Assembly (NCBI GenBank): GCA_005791875.1
Contig: SXTU01000174.1
Location: forward strand, 9 to 64,008
Direction: 5' to 3'
Length of the DNA stretch: 64,000 nt
DNA from: Verrucomicrobiales bacterium
Lineage (GTDB): Bacteria; Verrucomicrobiota; Verrucomicrobiia; Limisphaerales; SXTU01
Part shown: positions 21,635 through 31,288 of the stretch, piece after piece
How the letters are laid out: each line of letters starts with the position of its first letter
How positions within the stretch are numbered: the stretch's first letter is position 1
The notes under the pieces: model-generated
Told to the model about the DNA's origin: nothing
The model's input: only the letters and a program-made list of their open reading frames with translations
Database searches by the model: none
Position numbers and translations under genes: made by a program

Positions 21635-22648
21635 ATGGCCCTCCTACTCACGCCCCGCGCACTCGCCCAACGCGGCGAGTTTTACTACCAGCTCGCCTCG
21701 ATGATTCGCGCGGGCCTGCCGCTCATCGGCGCGCTTCAGACGCTGGAAAAAAGTCCGCCTTCCTCCTCCTACCGCGGGCCCATCGCACGCATGCTTGCGG
21801 AGCTCAAGGGCCGCAGCAGCTTCACCGGCGCGCTCGCCACCATTGGTGACTGGCTGCCCATCTTCGACAAGGCGCTGCTCGAAGCCGGGGAACAGTCCGG
21901 CCGCCTTGACGAATGCTTCCGCCTCCTCGCCAACTACTACGAGGAGCGCGCCAAGCTCGCCCGCGAGGTCATCGGCCAGATGATTTACCCGATGTGCATC
22001 CTGCACTTCGCGCTGCTCGTGTTCCCGGTGAGCCTCCTCGTCGAAGCGGTCTTGCGCGACCAATGGGCGCCACTCCTGATCGAGAAGGTGATCGCCTTCG
22101 GAACCCTCTACGGCGTCGCCATCGCCCTCGTCCTCGCCAACAGCGGCTCGCGAGCCGAGTGGTGGCGCGCGACGACCGAGCAGATATTGAGCCTCGTTCC
22201 CGTGCTTGGCAGCGCCCGCCGCAACCTAGCCCTCGCGCGCCTCACCGCCGCGCTGGAGGCGCTCTTCTCCGCCGGCGTGGGCATCGTGGACTCGTGGGAG
22301 CTTGCCGCCCGCGCCAGCGGCTCGCCCGCCCTCGCCCGCGAGGTGATGAAGTGGCGTCCCCAAATCGAGATCGAGCAGAAGGCCCCGGGCGAAATCCTCG
22401 CGGACAAGAGCGTCTTCCCCGCCATGTTCACCAGCCTCTACCGCACCGGCGAAGTCAGCGGCCAGCTCGACGACACCCTTAAGCGCCTCCACGAATACAG
22501 CCGCATCGAAGGCCATCGGCAGATGCAGATGTTCACCAAGGGCCTGACCATCGCCATCATCCTGACCATCATGCTCGCCATCGGCTACCAGGTGGTGATG
22601 TTCTGGGTCGGCTACTTCAACAACATCAACAACGTGTTGTCGCAATGA
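21635..22648 (+). CDS. GspF/PilC-family platform protein (two T2SS-F domains, short form)
   Basis: Two repeats of the T2SSF pattern are present (FYYQLASMIRAGLPLIGALQTL..LLEAGEQSGRLDECF and LEALFSAGVGIVDSWELAA..LYRTGEVSGQLDDTL), plus 3-4 TM helices. Confidence 0.7.
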   Translation: MALLLTPRALAQRGEFYYQLASMIRAGLPLIGALQTLEKSPPSSSYRGPIARMLAELKGRSSFTGALATIGDWLPIFDKALLEAGEQSGRLDECFRLLANYYEERAKLAREVIGQMIYPMCILHFALLVFPVSLLVEAVLRDQWAPLLIEKVIAFGTLYGVAIALVLANSGSRAEWWRATTEQILSLVPVLGSARRNLALARLTAALEALFSAGVGIVDSWELAARASGSPALAREVMKWRPQIEIEQKAPGEILADKSVFPAMFTSLYRTGEVSGQLDDTLKRLHEYSRIEGHRQMQMFTKGLTIAIILTIMLAIGYQVVMFWVGYFNNINNVLSQ

Positions 22649-22655
22649 CGGAGGA

Positions 22656-22790
22656 AATGCCCAAGGCCCAATGACGCAATGCCCAATGAATGACCAATTC
22701 TCAAGGACCAATGCCCTGCCGATGCGCAGCCGGCGGTCATCAGGCATTGGGAATTGATTGGTCATTGGACAATGCGTCGTTGGTCATTCA
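22656..22790. repeat. REP-like element, family D (CAATGCCCAATG / CATTGGGCATTG type)
   Basis: atgcccaaggcccaatgacgcaatgcccaatgaatgaccaat ... cattgggaattgattggtcattggacaatg. A relative lies at 51460-51598. Confidence 0.75.
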
Positions 22791-22800
22791 CGATCCGCAC

Positions 22801-23952
22801 ATGACCGTTTCCGAAATTCTCTCGGACGAGCGCCTCCGCCAGGACGAATTTCCCGTCTGCCGCAGCAGGGCCTACCTCGCCCACGCCGGCGTCGCACCCC
22901 TTGCGCGCTGTGCTGCCGACGCCATCGGGCACTACAGCTTTATGGCCGCGCAGGATGACCAGGAAACGTGGCTCCCGAAGCTCCACCGCGCCGCGCGCGT
23001 GTCCGCCACCAAGCTCCTCGTCGGCGCGCAGCCAGACGAAATCGCCTTCGTGGGCCCCACCTCGCTCGCTTTGAGCATGGTCGCCGGGGGACTCACCTTT
23101 CGCCGCACCGACAACATCGTCATCTACCACGATGACTTTCCTTCGAACGTGTATCCGTGGATGGCCCTCGCCGCCCAAGGCGTGAAAGTCCGCTACCTCA
23201 ATACCCGTGAGTTGGGCCGCATCCGCCCCGTGGACGTGCTCGGGCAGGTGGACGAAAGCACGCGCCTGGTCGCGCTCGGCTCCGCGCACTTCATCGCGGG
23301 CTGGCGCGTGGATCTCGACGCCATCGGCAAGGCCCTCCGCCAGCGCGGCATCCTCTTCTGCGTGGACGCCATGCAAACCCTCGGCGCGTTTCCCATCTCC
23401 GTCGCGAACGTGGATTTCCTCGCTGCCGACGGCCACAAGTGGCTCCTCTCGCCCTGCGCCGCCGGCGTCTTCTACGTGCGCAAGGAAGTCCAGGACAAGC
23501 TCCGCCCCATCGCGCTCGGCTGGAACAACGTCCGCTGCCCGAACTACGCCGCGCAGGACTCGCTCGACTACCAAACCGGCGCGCGCCGTTTCGAGGCTGG
23601 CACGCACAACTGCGTCGGCCTCGTCGGGCTGAAGGCCGCGATGGACATGCTCGCCGACGTGGGCGTGGAGAACATCGCCGCCGAACTCCTCCGCAAACGC
23701 GCGTGGCTCGTCCCTGAGTTGCAGGCCAAAGGCTGGACCGTCCTCAACGCCGCCGCCCCGCCCCAGAACTGCGCCGGCATCATCAGCATCACGCGAGAAG
23801 CCGCGGACCTGCCCGCCATTCACCAGCGTCTCACCGACGGTGGCGTCGTGACCTCGCTGCGCGCTGACCGCACGGGCAAGCAATACATCCGCCTCTCCCC
23901 GCACTTCTACAACACGGACGCGGAGCTGGCCCGGGCGGGGCAGCTGCTCTGA
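22801..23952 (+). CDS. Class V aminotransferase / cysteine-desulfurase-like PLP enzyme
   Basis: ATG at 22801 (MTVSEILSDERL). LAADGHKWLLSPCAAG carries the PLP lysine. Length is about 383 aa. Confidence 0.8.
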   Translation: MTVSEILSDERLRQDEFPVCRSRAYLAHAGVAPLARCAADAIGHYSFMAAQDDQETWLPKLHRAARVSATKLLVGAQPDEIAFVGPTSLALSMVAGGLTFRRTDNIVIYHDDFPSNVYPWMALAAQGVKVRYLNTRELGRIRPVDVLGQVDESTRLVALGSAHFIAGWRVDLDAIGKALRQRGILFCVDAMQTLGAFPISVANVDFLAADGHKWLLSPCAAGVFYVRKEVQDKLRPIALGWNNVRCPNYAAQDSLDYQTGARRFEAGTHNCVGLVGLKAAMDMLADVGVENIAAELLRKRAWLVPELQAKGWTVLNAAAPPQNCAGIISITREAADLPAIHQRLTDGGVVTSLRADRTGKQYIRLSPHFYNTDAELARAGQLL

Positions 23953-24101
23953 AGGCGAGCGTGTTGCGTGCTGCGTGTTAATCGCGGGACTTGGCAGCTC
24001 GTGGCTTCCTCCCCTTCCTTCGCGAAGCCGGCTGCGAGCCGACACGCTGCCGCTTGCGCTTGGCTCACCGCTATCCTAGGCTCCGCCCAACTCATCCAGC
24101 C

Positions 24102-25427
24102 ATGAAACTTCTCACGTCATTGCTCGCCCTCGCCTGCTCCGCCGCGCTGCAACTCTCCGCCGCCGACGCCCAGCCCGCCGTCCGCGCCCGCGTGGATGCC
24201 GAATACCCGCGCCTCCTTGACCTCTACAAACACCTCCACGCCAACCCGGAAATTTCCTTCCAAGAAGTGAAGACCGCCGCGCGCATCGCGGACGAATTGA
24301 AGCAGGCCGGCTTCGACGTGACCACCAAGGTCGGCGGCCACGGCGTTGTCGGCGTGCTCAAGAACGGCCCCGGCCCCACCGTCCTCGTCCGCACCGACCT
24401 CGACGGCTTGCCCGTGCTGGAAGAAACCGGCCTGCCCTACGCGAGCAAGGCGCGCACGAAGGACGACCAGGGCAACGACGTGCCCACCATGCACGCCTGC
24501 GCGCACGACATTCACATGACCTCGTTCATCGGCACCGCGCGTGTGTTGGCCACCGTGCGGGATAAGTGGAGCGGCACGCTCGTCTTCATCGGCCAGCCCG
24601 CCGAGGAACGCGTCGGTGGCGCTAAGAAGATGTTGGCCGATGGCCTTTACACGCGCTTCCCGCGCCCCGACTTCTGCCTCGCGCTGCACGCCGCGAGCGA
24701 CTTGCCCGCCGGCACCGTGGGCCACACCGAGGGCTTCGCGCTCGCAAACGCCGACACCGTGGACATCCTCGTGCGTGGCGTCAGCGGCCACGGCGCGTGG
24801 CCGCACCTGACCAAGGACCCCATCGTCCTCTCCGCCCAAATCATCCTCGGCCTCCAGACCATCGTCAGCCGCGAGACTTCACCGACAGACCCGGCGGTCG
24901 TCACCGTCGGCTCCATCCACGGCGGCACCAAGCACAACATCATCCCCGAAGAAGTCCGCCTCCAACTCACGCTTCGCAGCTACTCCGACGAAGTGCGCGA
25001 GAACTCCATCGCCGCGCTCAAGCGCATCGTGCGCGGCCAGGCGCTCGCCGCCGGCATCCCGGAGAAGTTGATGCCCGGCGTCGAAGTTTCCGACGAAGGC
25101 GCGAAGTCCACTTACAACGACCCCGCGCTCACGAAGCGCGTCATGGCCGGCATTAGCCGCTGGCTCGGCGACGGCAACATCGTCGCGAAGAAGCCCGTCA
25201 TGGGCGCGGAAGACTTCGGCCTCTTCGGCCGCACCGAGCCGAAAATTCCCATCTGCATCTTCTGGCTCGGCACCATCACGAAGGAATCCGTCACCGAGAG
25301 CATCAAGACCGGCAAGACCCTCCCCTCGCTCCACTCCAGCAAGTTCGCCCCCGTCCCCGAGCCCACGCTCAAGACCGGGGTCACCGCGATGACGGCGGCG
25401 GTGCTGGAACTGGTCGGTAAGAAATGA
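24102..25427 (+). CDS. Secreted M20-family amidohydrolase (aminoacylase/hippurate-hydrolase type)
   Basis: ATG at 24102 with signal peptide MKLLTSLLALACSAALQLSAADA. Motifs HACAHDIH, FIGQPAEE and GSIHGGTKHNIIP are typical of M20D. Confidence 0.85.
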   Translation: MKLLTSLLALACSAALQLSAADAQPAVRARVDAEYPRLLDLYKHLHANPEISFQEVKTAARIADELKQAGFDVTTKVGGHGVVGVLKNGPGPTVLVRTDLDGLPVLEETGLPYASKARTKDDQGNDVPTMHACAHDIHMTSFIGTARVLATVRDKWSGTLVFIGQPAEERVGGAKKMLADGLYTRFPRPDFCLALHAASDLPAGTVGHTEGFALANADTVDILVRGVSGHGAWPHLTKDPIVLSAQIILGLQTIVSRETSPTDPAVVTVGSIHGGTKHNIIPEEVRLQLTLRSYSDEVRENSIAALKRIVRGQALAAGIPEKLMPGVEVSDEGAKSTYNDPALTKRVMAGISRWLGDGNIVAKKPVMGAEDFGLFGRTEPKIPICIFWLGTITKESVTESIKTGKTLPSLHSSKFAPVPEPTLKTGVTAMTAAVLELVGKK

Positions 25428-25484
25428 GCCACGGATGAAACACGGAAATCTGAGGCCGTTTTTCATCCGTGTTCAATCCGTGGC
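25428..25484. repeat. REP-like hairpin, family C, between convergent genes
   Basis: gccacggatgaaacacggaaa // tttcatccgtgttcaatccgtggc. The right arm supplies the last codons and the stop of the gene ending at 25473. Confidence 0.8.
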
Positions 25485-27065
25485 TAAAGATTCCGGCGGG
25501 TTCCACCACACCCGCTTCCCCGCATCCGCCGCCAGCAAGCGCGCCGCGTTGTAGCCGCAGAGGCCGGTGACGTTGCCGCCGGGATGCGTCGAGCCGCCGC
25601 AGAGGTAGAGGCCGGGCAGTGGCGTGCGATAGCTGCCCGCGCCGGGGAACGGGCGGTTCCAGCCGACCTGTCCGTTCGCAAAGGAACCGACGAGCAAATC
25701 GCCAGCGGTCATGTTCGGCAGCGTGCGCTCGGTGTCGAGGGCCGAGCGTGTGAAGGAGTCGAGCACACTGCCCGCGAGGTTCGGCGCGAACTCGGTCCAC
25801 GTCGCCAGCAGGTCGCGACCGTGCGCGGCTTGGGCGGCGTCCCAGTTCCGCGCGTCGCCGCGCAGGGCGTAGGGAAGTTTCTCCCACAAAAAGGCGGTGT
25901 GCTGGCCGGGCGGCGCTTGCGTGGGGTCGAAGAGCGTCGGGCACGCGCCCCACGCGACGGGCGCGGGAATCTCGCCGCGCTCGTGCGCCGCGACGATGTC
26001 GTGGAACTGCCCGAAGCGTTCCAGCCCGACGATGAACATGAACGCGCGGTCCAGTTCCGGTCGTTGCGCGGCGGCGGCCCAGTGTGGCGGTTCGCGGAGC
26101 GCGACGTTCAGCGCGAAGAGCGGGGCGAGCAGGTTGTATTGGAAACCAGCGGCGCGGGCGCGGACCGCGGCAGGCACCGCATCAGGCGGGAGCAAGTCGA
26201 GGAAGGTCTGCTGCGGGTTCAGGCCGGACGCGATGAAGTCAGCGGTGGGCTGTTCGCCGGTGCTGAGTTCGACCCCGGCGGCGCGACCGTTGCGGACGAG
26301 GATACGCTTCAGCTCGATGCCGCAGCGGATTTCGCCGCCGTGCTCCGTGATGTCCGCGACGAGGCCGCGCGCGAGGTGGCCCGAGCCGCCCACGCACATC
26401 TGCGCCTTCGCCGGCGAGGCGAGCAGCGCGGGGATGGCGTGGCCGAAGCCCGGCTGGCGCAGGTCCACTTCGCGCAGGCCGTTGAAGAAAAGCAACCCGG
26501 CGCGGATGGCGTCGTGCTCGAAGTTCTGCGTGACGAACTCCAGCGGCGAGAGTGCCGAGACTTCCAGCAGGCGGCGGCCCAGCTTGCTTTGCGACAGCAG
26601 TTGCCGACGGCGCTCCGGCTCCACCGGCGGCGACTGCGCCTCGGGCACGAGGATTTGCTCGACGATGGGGCGGAACTCCTCGGTCCAGCGACGCAGGGCG
26701 TCAGCGTCCTTGCGCGAGAACTGGGCGAACGACGCGGCGGTGCGCTCGAAGTCCGTCCACCACTCCAGCGCGCGGCCATCGCGGAGCAGCATGGCGACGT
26801 TCAGCTCCGGTTCGAGGTAGCGCACCCCGTGGCGCGCGAGTTCGAGGTCGCGGAACCACGGCATCCGCGTGATGGCACGGTGGAAGAACGAGTGCGGATG
26901 GTGAGTGAAGCCGGGCAGATTCGGATTCTCCATCGTGCATAGGCCGCCGCCCGGCTCCGGTGCGCGGTCGAGCGCCAGCGTGCGCAGGCCGCAGCGGGCG
27001 AGGTAGGCTTGCAGCACAAGCGCGTTATGCCCGGTGCCGAGCAGGAGCACGTCGTGGTGGGACAT
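25473..27065 (-). CDS. FAD/NAD(P)-dependent oxidoreductase, phytoene-desaturase (CrtI-like) family
   Basis: The ATG at 27065 gives MSHHDVLLLGTGHNALVLQAYLARCGLRTLALDRAPEPGGG, a Rossmann GXGXXA/G fold. C-terminal GLYLCGGSTHPGGNVTG. Confidence 0.8.
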   Translation of the reverse strand: MSHHDVLLLGTGHNALVLQAYLARCGLRTLALDRAPEPGGGLCTMENPNLPGFTHHPHSFFHRAITRMPWFRDLELARHGVRYLEPELNVAMLLRDGRALEWWTDFERTAASFAQFSRKDADALRRWTEEFRPIVEQILVPEAQSPPVEPERRRQLLSQSKLGRRLLEVSALSPLEFVTQNFEHDAIRAGLLFFNGLREVDLRQPGFGHAIPALLASPAKAQMCVGGSGHLARGLVADITEHGGEIRCGIELKRILVRNGRAAGVELSTGEQPTADFIASGLNPQQTFLDLLPPDAVPAAVRARAAGFQYNLLAPLFALNVALREPPHWAAAAQRPELDRAFMFIVGLERFGQFHDIVAAHERGEIPAPVAWGACPTLFDPTQAPPGQHTAFLWEKLPYALRGDARNWDAAQAAHGRDLLATWTEFAPNLAGSVLDSFTRSALDTERTLPNMTAGDLLVGSFANGQVGWNRPFPGAGSYRTPLPGLYLCGGSTHPGGNVTGLCGYNAARLLAADAGKRVWWNPPESLATD

Positions 27066-27143
27066 GGAGAGATTAGCCGCGAAAGGGCGCCGAGAACGCA
27101 AAGAGATTTTTGAGTTGGGTGTTGCTCGCACCAAAGCCAAAGC

Positions 27144-27233
27144 GGTGCTGAAGCCACCGCAGTCCAGACGCTTCGCGAGGCCGAGGGCAATGATAGGTCG
27201 CGCCAGCGTTTGGACTGCGGCGACTTCAGCGCC
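27144..27233. repeat. REP-like long hairpin, family G
   Basis: ggtgctgaagccaccgcagtccagacgc (27144-27171) pairs imperfectly with gcgtttggactgcggcgacttcagcgc (27205-27233). Confidence 0.75.
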
Positions 27234-27245
27234 GCTCTTTCACGG

Positions 27246-28103
27246 CTACCCAATCTCCGGGCCGGCGAGGGCGAAGATGCGCTGCGGGTCGCCGGGCCAT
27301 TTGTTCTCGCCGAGGAACATACGAATGAGCGGGCGTTGCGGTTGGAAGCCGAGGCGCTGGGCGAGTTCCACTGCGCCGGTATTGGCGTCGGGGATGTCCC
27401 AGAAGATGCGTTCGTTAGGAAGCGCGAGGACGAGTGATTTGATGAGCGGACCTGCGGCGGCGATGGAGTTGGCCACGACCGGGCCGAGGTAGTGCGCTCG
27501 TGCGCCCTTGCGGACGACGCCGAAGGCACTTACGCGTTGCTTGGGCGTCAGGTGGATAAGCGCGCGTGAGGGCTGCCACGTCAGGCGGTGCATCATGGGC
27601 CAGCGCAAGACGCCGAACGCATCGGCGTCGAGCACTTGAATCGCTTCATGGTCCCCCTCCTGCCAGCGGCGAACACGATACTGCATCGGCGTGGCGGGCA
27701 GTTCTGCGTGGTCGGTCCCCCAGCGCTTCAGGGTCCACTCGTCCCTGAAACCCAGCGTGTCGTAAAGCGCTTTTCCCAACGGCGTAGCGTCGAGTTTGAT
27801 GCAGGCGACGCGCGGCTTCAGGAAGGCGATGCAGTGCTCCAGCAGCGCGCGCCCGATGCCGCGCCGCTGCGCGTTGGGATGCACAAGCACCATCCCAATC
27901 CACGCGACCTTGTCTTCGTAGATCGTTGTGGTCGCCGTGCCCACGGGCTGGCCGTCCCACTCGGCGATGAAGCAACCGTCAGGCTGGTGAGCGAGAAACC
28001 GCATCCAGTCGTTCTTGGTCTGGTTCCAGCCCACCAGCGCCCGCAGCGAGTCGGCGAACACAAAGTCCGTCTTCTGAAACAGCCGGATGCGCAGGGATCT
28101 CAC
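27246..28103 (-). CDS. GNAT-family N-acetyltransferase (two-domain)
   Basis: WIGMVLVHPNAQRRGIGRALLEHCIAF is the acetyl-CoA binding motif A (Q/RxxGxG/A). 285 aa. Confidence 0.8.
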   Translation of the reverse strand: MRSLRIRLFQKTDFVFADSLRALVGWNQTKNDWMRFLAHQPDGCFIAEWDGQPVGTATTTIYEDKVAWIGMVLVHPNAQRRGIGRALLEHCIAFLKPRVACIKLDATPLGKALYDTLGFRDEWTLKRWGTDHAELPATPMQYRVRRWQEGDHEAIQVLDADAFGVLRWPMMHRLTWQPSRALIHLTPKQRVSAFGVVRKGARAHYLGPVVANSIAAAGPLIKSLVLALPNERIFWDIPDANTGAVELAQRLGFQPQRPLIRMFLGENKWPGDPQRIFALAGPEIG

Positions 28104-28170
28104 GCAGCGAGGCTAGCCATCGTCCCGGCAAAAGCAAACCGCGCGACCGAGCGCCTCCCGTGCTGAAGCC

Positions 28171-30804
28171 GTGCCCCGCAGCCACCGTCCGACGCAACCA
28201 CGCGCACACATTAGCCGCCTGTTGCTTCCCGCTTTCGCCGCCCTGTTGGGGCTGGCTTCGCCCGTCTTTTCCGCGCCAAGCGCCCCGGCCTCCGCGAAGG
28301 TGGACTCCGCCCGCGACATCGCGCCGATTCTCTCCGCCAAGTGCTTCGCCTGCCACGGACCCGACGACACGCATCGCAAGGCCAAGCTCCGTCTCGACGT
28401 GCGTGACGCCGCCGTCAAGCCGCGCGACGGCAAACCCGCCATCGTGCCCGGCAGCCTCGCCAAGTCCGAGCTGTGGCGGCGCATCAACGCGAAGAACGAC
28501 GACGTGATGCCGCCGCGCAAGGAAGGCAAGCCGCTCACGGCGCAGGAACTCGCGCTCATCAAGAAGTGGCTGGAGCAAAGCGCGCCGTATGCGGAGCACT
28601 GGGCGTTCGTTCCTCCGGTGCGGCCGGCCGTTCCCAAAGTCAGTAATCAGTATTCAGTGTCCAGTGTTCAGTCGGGGAACGGACGCGCCGGGAGTTCCAA
28701 ACTGAATACTGACTTGCTGAAAACTGAACACTCGAACCCCATCGACGCCTTCCTCTCCGCCAAGCTCGCCGCCGAAAAACTCCGCCCCTCCCCGCCCGCC
28801 GACAAACCCACGCTCCTCCGCCGCCTTTCGCTCGACCTCACCGGTCTGCCGCCCACACCGGAGGAACTCGACGCCTTCCTCGCCGACAAATCGCCTGACG
28901 CGTGGTCGAAACAAGTCGAGCGGCTCCTTGCTTCGCCGCACTACGGTGAACGCTGGGGCCGGCTGTGGCTCGATGCCGCGCGTTACGCCGACTCCGACGG
29001 CTACGAAAAAGACAAGGGCCGCCTCGTTCACTTCTACCGCGACTGGGTCATCGCCGCCTTCAACCGCGACCTGCCTTACGACCGCTTCATCATCGAGCAG
29101 CTTGCCGGCGACCAGCTGCCCGGCGCGACGCAGGACCAGTTCGTCGCCACCGGCTTCCTCCGCAACTCAATGCTCAACGAAGAAGGCGGCATCCACCCCG
29201 AGCAGTTCCGCATGGAGGCGATGTTCGACCGCATGGATGCCGTCGGGAAGGGCATCCTCGGCCTCACCACCGCGTGCGCGCAGTGCCACAACCACAAATA
29301 CGACCCGCTCACGCAGGAGGAGTATTACCGGATGTTCGCGTTCCTGAACAACGACCACGAGGCGATGCCGCGCGTCTTCACCCCGCCCGAGCAGGAGAAA
29401 ATCGCATCGCTCCGCAAACAGATGGGCGAGGTCGAGTCCGCGATGAAGGCGCAACTGTCCGACTGGCGTGCGCGCATGGCGAAGTGGGAAACTGAAGTCG
29501 CCGGCAAGCAACCGTCGTGGACCGTGCTGCGCGACATGGAGCTAATCACAGACAACAATCAGCGCTACTACCCGCAGTCCGACGGCTCGCTGCTCGCCTC
29601 CGGCTGGGCACCGACGAAGTTCACGGCGACCTTTCAAGTCACCAACTCGCTGCCAGACATCTCTGCGTTTCGCCTCGAACTCTTCACCGACCCGAACCTG
29701 CCCGCGAACGGCCCGGGCCGCAGTTACAAAGGCCTGTTCGCGCTGACCGAGCTCAGCGTCGAGGCCGCGCCGTTGAGCGACCCGAAGCAGAAGACGAAGG
29801 TGAAAATCAGCGGCGCGACTGCCGATTTCGACCAGCCGGTGCAGCCGCTGGAACCCGGCTTTCACGACGGCAGCACGAACAAGCGCGTCACCGGCCCCAT
29901 CAGCTTTGCGATAGACGGCGACAAGAAGACTGCGTGGGGCGGCGACTCCGGCCCCGGCCGCCGCAACACCGACCGCGCGGCCGTCTTCCAACTCGCGACG
30001 AACATCGCGTTCCCGGCTGGCACCGTGCTAACGATTCACCTTTCGCAGGAGCACGGCAGCGCGAACGCAAACGACTTCGGGACGCAGAACCTGGGGCGGT
30101 TCCGACTGTCCGTAGTTGGTTCCACTGCACCGGTAAGCGCGGACAAAGTTCCGAAGAAAGTCCGCGATATTCTCACGATTTCCGCACGCCGCATGCCCGA
30201 GCAAGTCGCCGCTGTCTTCGACTACTGGCGCACGACAGTCCCCGAGTTCTCCGCCGCGAATGCCCAACTCGAAGCGCTCTGGTCGCAGTGGCCCCAAGGC
30301 ACCACCGCCTACGCGCTCGCCGCCCGCACCGAGGAACGCATGACCTCCGTGCTCACCCTCGAGGTGACCGCCGCGGGCTTAACTCCCTTGTTCAAACACC
30401 AGTGGTTGTTCAATGGCAACCCCATCCCGAACGCGACCAATGCCAGTTATGCGCTGGGCCCGCTGAGCCGCACGAACAGCGGCCTCTACACTGTGACGAT
30501 CACCAACGACTTTGGCAGCGTGACCTCCAGCAATGCGGAGGTCTGGGTTCAGGTGCCGCAGTTGTTGCAGTCTCCGCAACGCCTGTCCGATGGCCGGGTG
30601 CGACTCTACTTCAGTGACCCGGACGGAACCCTCTCCTCCAATCCCGGCCGGTTCGAAGTCCACCACACGTTCAATCCGAGCGGTCCCACCACCGTCTGGG
30701 TTACGAATGTCGGCGGGGTCACCATCAGCGGCGGTCTGCTCCGCTACGAAGACCAAACCAGCGGAGGGGCCACCCGCCGCACCTACCGGATCATCGAGAA
30801 GTAA
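28171..30804 (+). CDS. PSCyt1 + DUF1549 (PSCyt2) protein lacking the DUF1553 end; the C-terminus is replaced by an Ig-like/beta-sandwich tail (chimeric ORF)
   Basis: GTG start. CFACHGPDD..KLRLD is PSCyt1. NPIDAF..LLRRLSLDLTGLPPTPEE..HYGERWGRLWLDAARYADSDGYEKD is DUF1549. After ..ARTEERMTS (about 30,350) the sequence switches to KHQWLFNGNPIPNATNASY..SGLYTVTITNDFGSVTS, an Ig I-set-like pattern. Confidence 0.75.
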   Translation: MPRSHRPTQPRAHISRLLLPAFAALLGLASPVFSAPSAPASAKVDSARDIAPILSAKCFACHGPDDTHRKAKLRLDVRDAAVKPRDGKPAIVPGSLAKSELWRRINAKNDDVMPPRKEGKPLTAQELALIKKWLEQSAPYAEHWAFVPPVRPAVPKVSNQYSVSSVQSGNGRAGSSKLNTDLLKTEHSNPIDAFLSAKLAAEKLRPSPPADKPTLLRRLSLDLTGLPPTPEELDAFLADKSPDAWSKQVERLLASPHYGERWGRLWLDAARYADSDGYEKDKGRLVHFYRDWVIAAFNRDLPYDRFIIEQLAGDQLPGATQDQFVATGFLRNSMLNEEGGIHPEQFRMEAMFDRMDAVGKGILGLTTACAQCHNHKYDPLTQEEYYRMFAFLNNDHEAMPRVFTPPEQEKIASLRKQMGEVESAMKAQLSDWRARMAKWETEVAGKQPSWTVLRDMELITDNNQRYYPQSDGSLLASGWAPTKFTATFQVTNSLPDISAFRLELFTDPNLPANGPGRSYKGLFALTELSVEAAPLSDPKQKTKVKISGATADFDQPVQPLEPGFHDGSTNKRVTGPISFAIDGDKKTAWGGDSGPGRRNTDRAAVFQLATNIAFPAGTVLTIHLSQEHGSANANDFGTQNLGRFRLSVVGSTAPVSADKVPKKVRDILTISARRMPEQVAAVFDYWRTTVPEFSAANAQLEALWSQWPQGTTAYALAARTEERMTSVLTLEVTAAGLTPLFKHQWLFNGNPIPNATNASYALGPLSRTNSGLYTVTITNDFGSVTSSNAEVWVQVPQLLQSPQRLSDGRVRLYFSDPDGTLSSNPGRFEVHHTFNPSGPTTVWVTNVGGVTISGGLLRYEDQTSGGATRRTYRIIEK
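28639..28734. repeat. REP-like hairpin (CAGTATTCAGTG / ACTGAATACTG type) embedded in frame in the DUF1549 gene
   Basis: gtcagtaatcagtattcagtgtccagtgttcagtc ... aaactgaatactgacttgctgaaaactgaacactcg. It encodes VSNQYSVSSVQSG..KLNTDLLKTEHS in the linker between PSCyt1 and DUF1549. Confidence 0.75.
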
Positions 30805-31072
30805 ACTTTTGCTTGTCCATGATGCGGACGAGCCACGGGTGGCTGCGCCGGCCGCAGCGGATGTGGAGCATCGTGTAGTAGGCGATGTTGCCCGGTGTCA
30901 CGGTTTTGCCGTTGGCCCGGGCGCGGGCGAGCAGGCGGGCGGCCATCAGGGTCGCGTCTTACAGGACTTCCTCGGCATCCTCGGCACCAACAAAGGAAAC
31001 CTTGTGTGGGATCATGGCGCGTAAACGGGGGACAATTTCATCGACGAGGACAGTATCGGCGTGGGAACTCAT
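30795..31072 (-). pseudogene. MGE-associated regulator-like gene (possible sigma/HTH-type) interrupted by an in-frame TAA
   Basis: My own translation of the minus strand gives MSSHADTVLVDEIVPRLRAMIPHKVSFVGAEDAEEVL*DATLMAARLLARARANGKTVTPGNIAYYTMLHIRCGRRSHPW.. The stop is TAA at 30961-30959. This reading is absent from the ORF track because of the stop. Confidence 0.4.
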
Positions 31073-31288
31073 TGGGGGATCTCCGGTGGACCAGCGTGGA
31101 CCCGTGTGAAGCCGCTCCCGCCAGCGGCAGGAGATCACGGCCGTGGCGGGGAAGGGGCAGCGAGGCTTACCTTCAAAGGTTTATAGCGCTGAAGGAGGGG
31201 GCTGTTGCTGGGCGGGGAGTGCTGTCCGGGCCGGCGACCGGAAGCCGCGAACTGCCCCTCACCTTACGAGATGCCGGAGGACAAGCGC

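Noticed and set aside
31083-31112. Possible third copy of the tRNA-Leu att core (ccggtggaccagcgtggacccgtgtga) that would close the older island remnant.
   Set aside because: Only about 13 of 28 positions match after the shared ccggtgg. This is not distinguishable from chance in GC-rich DNA.
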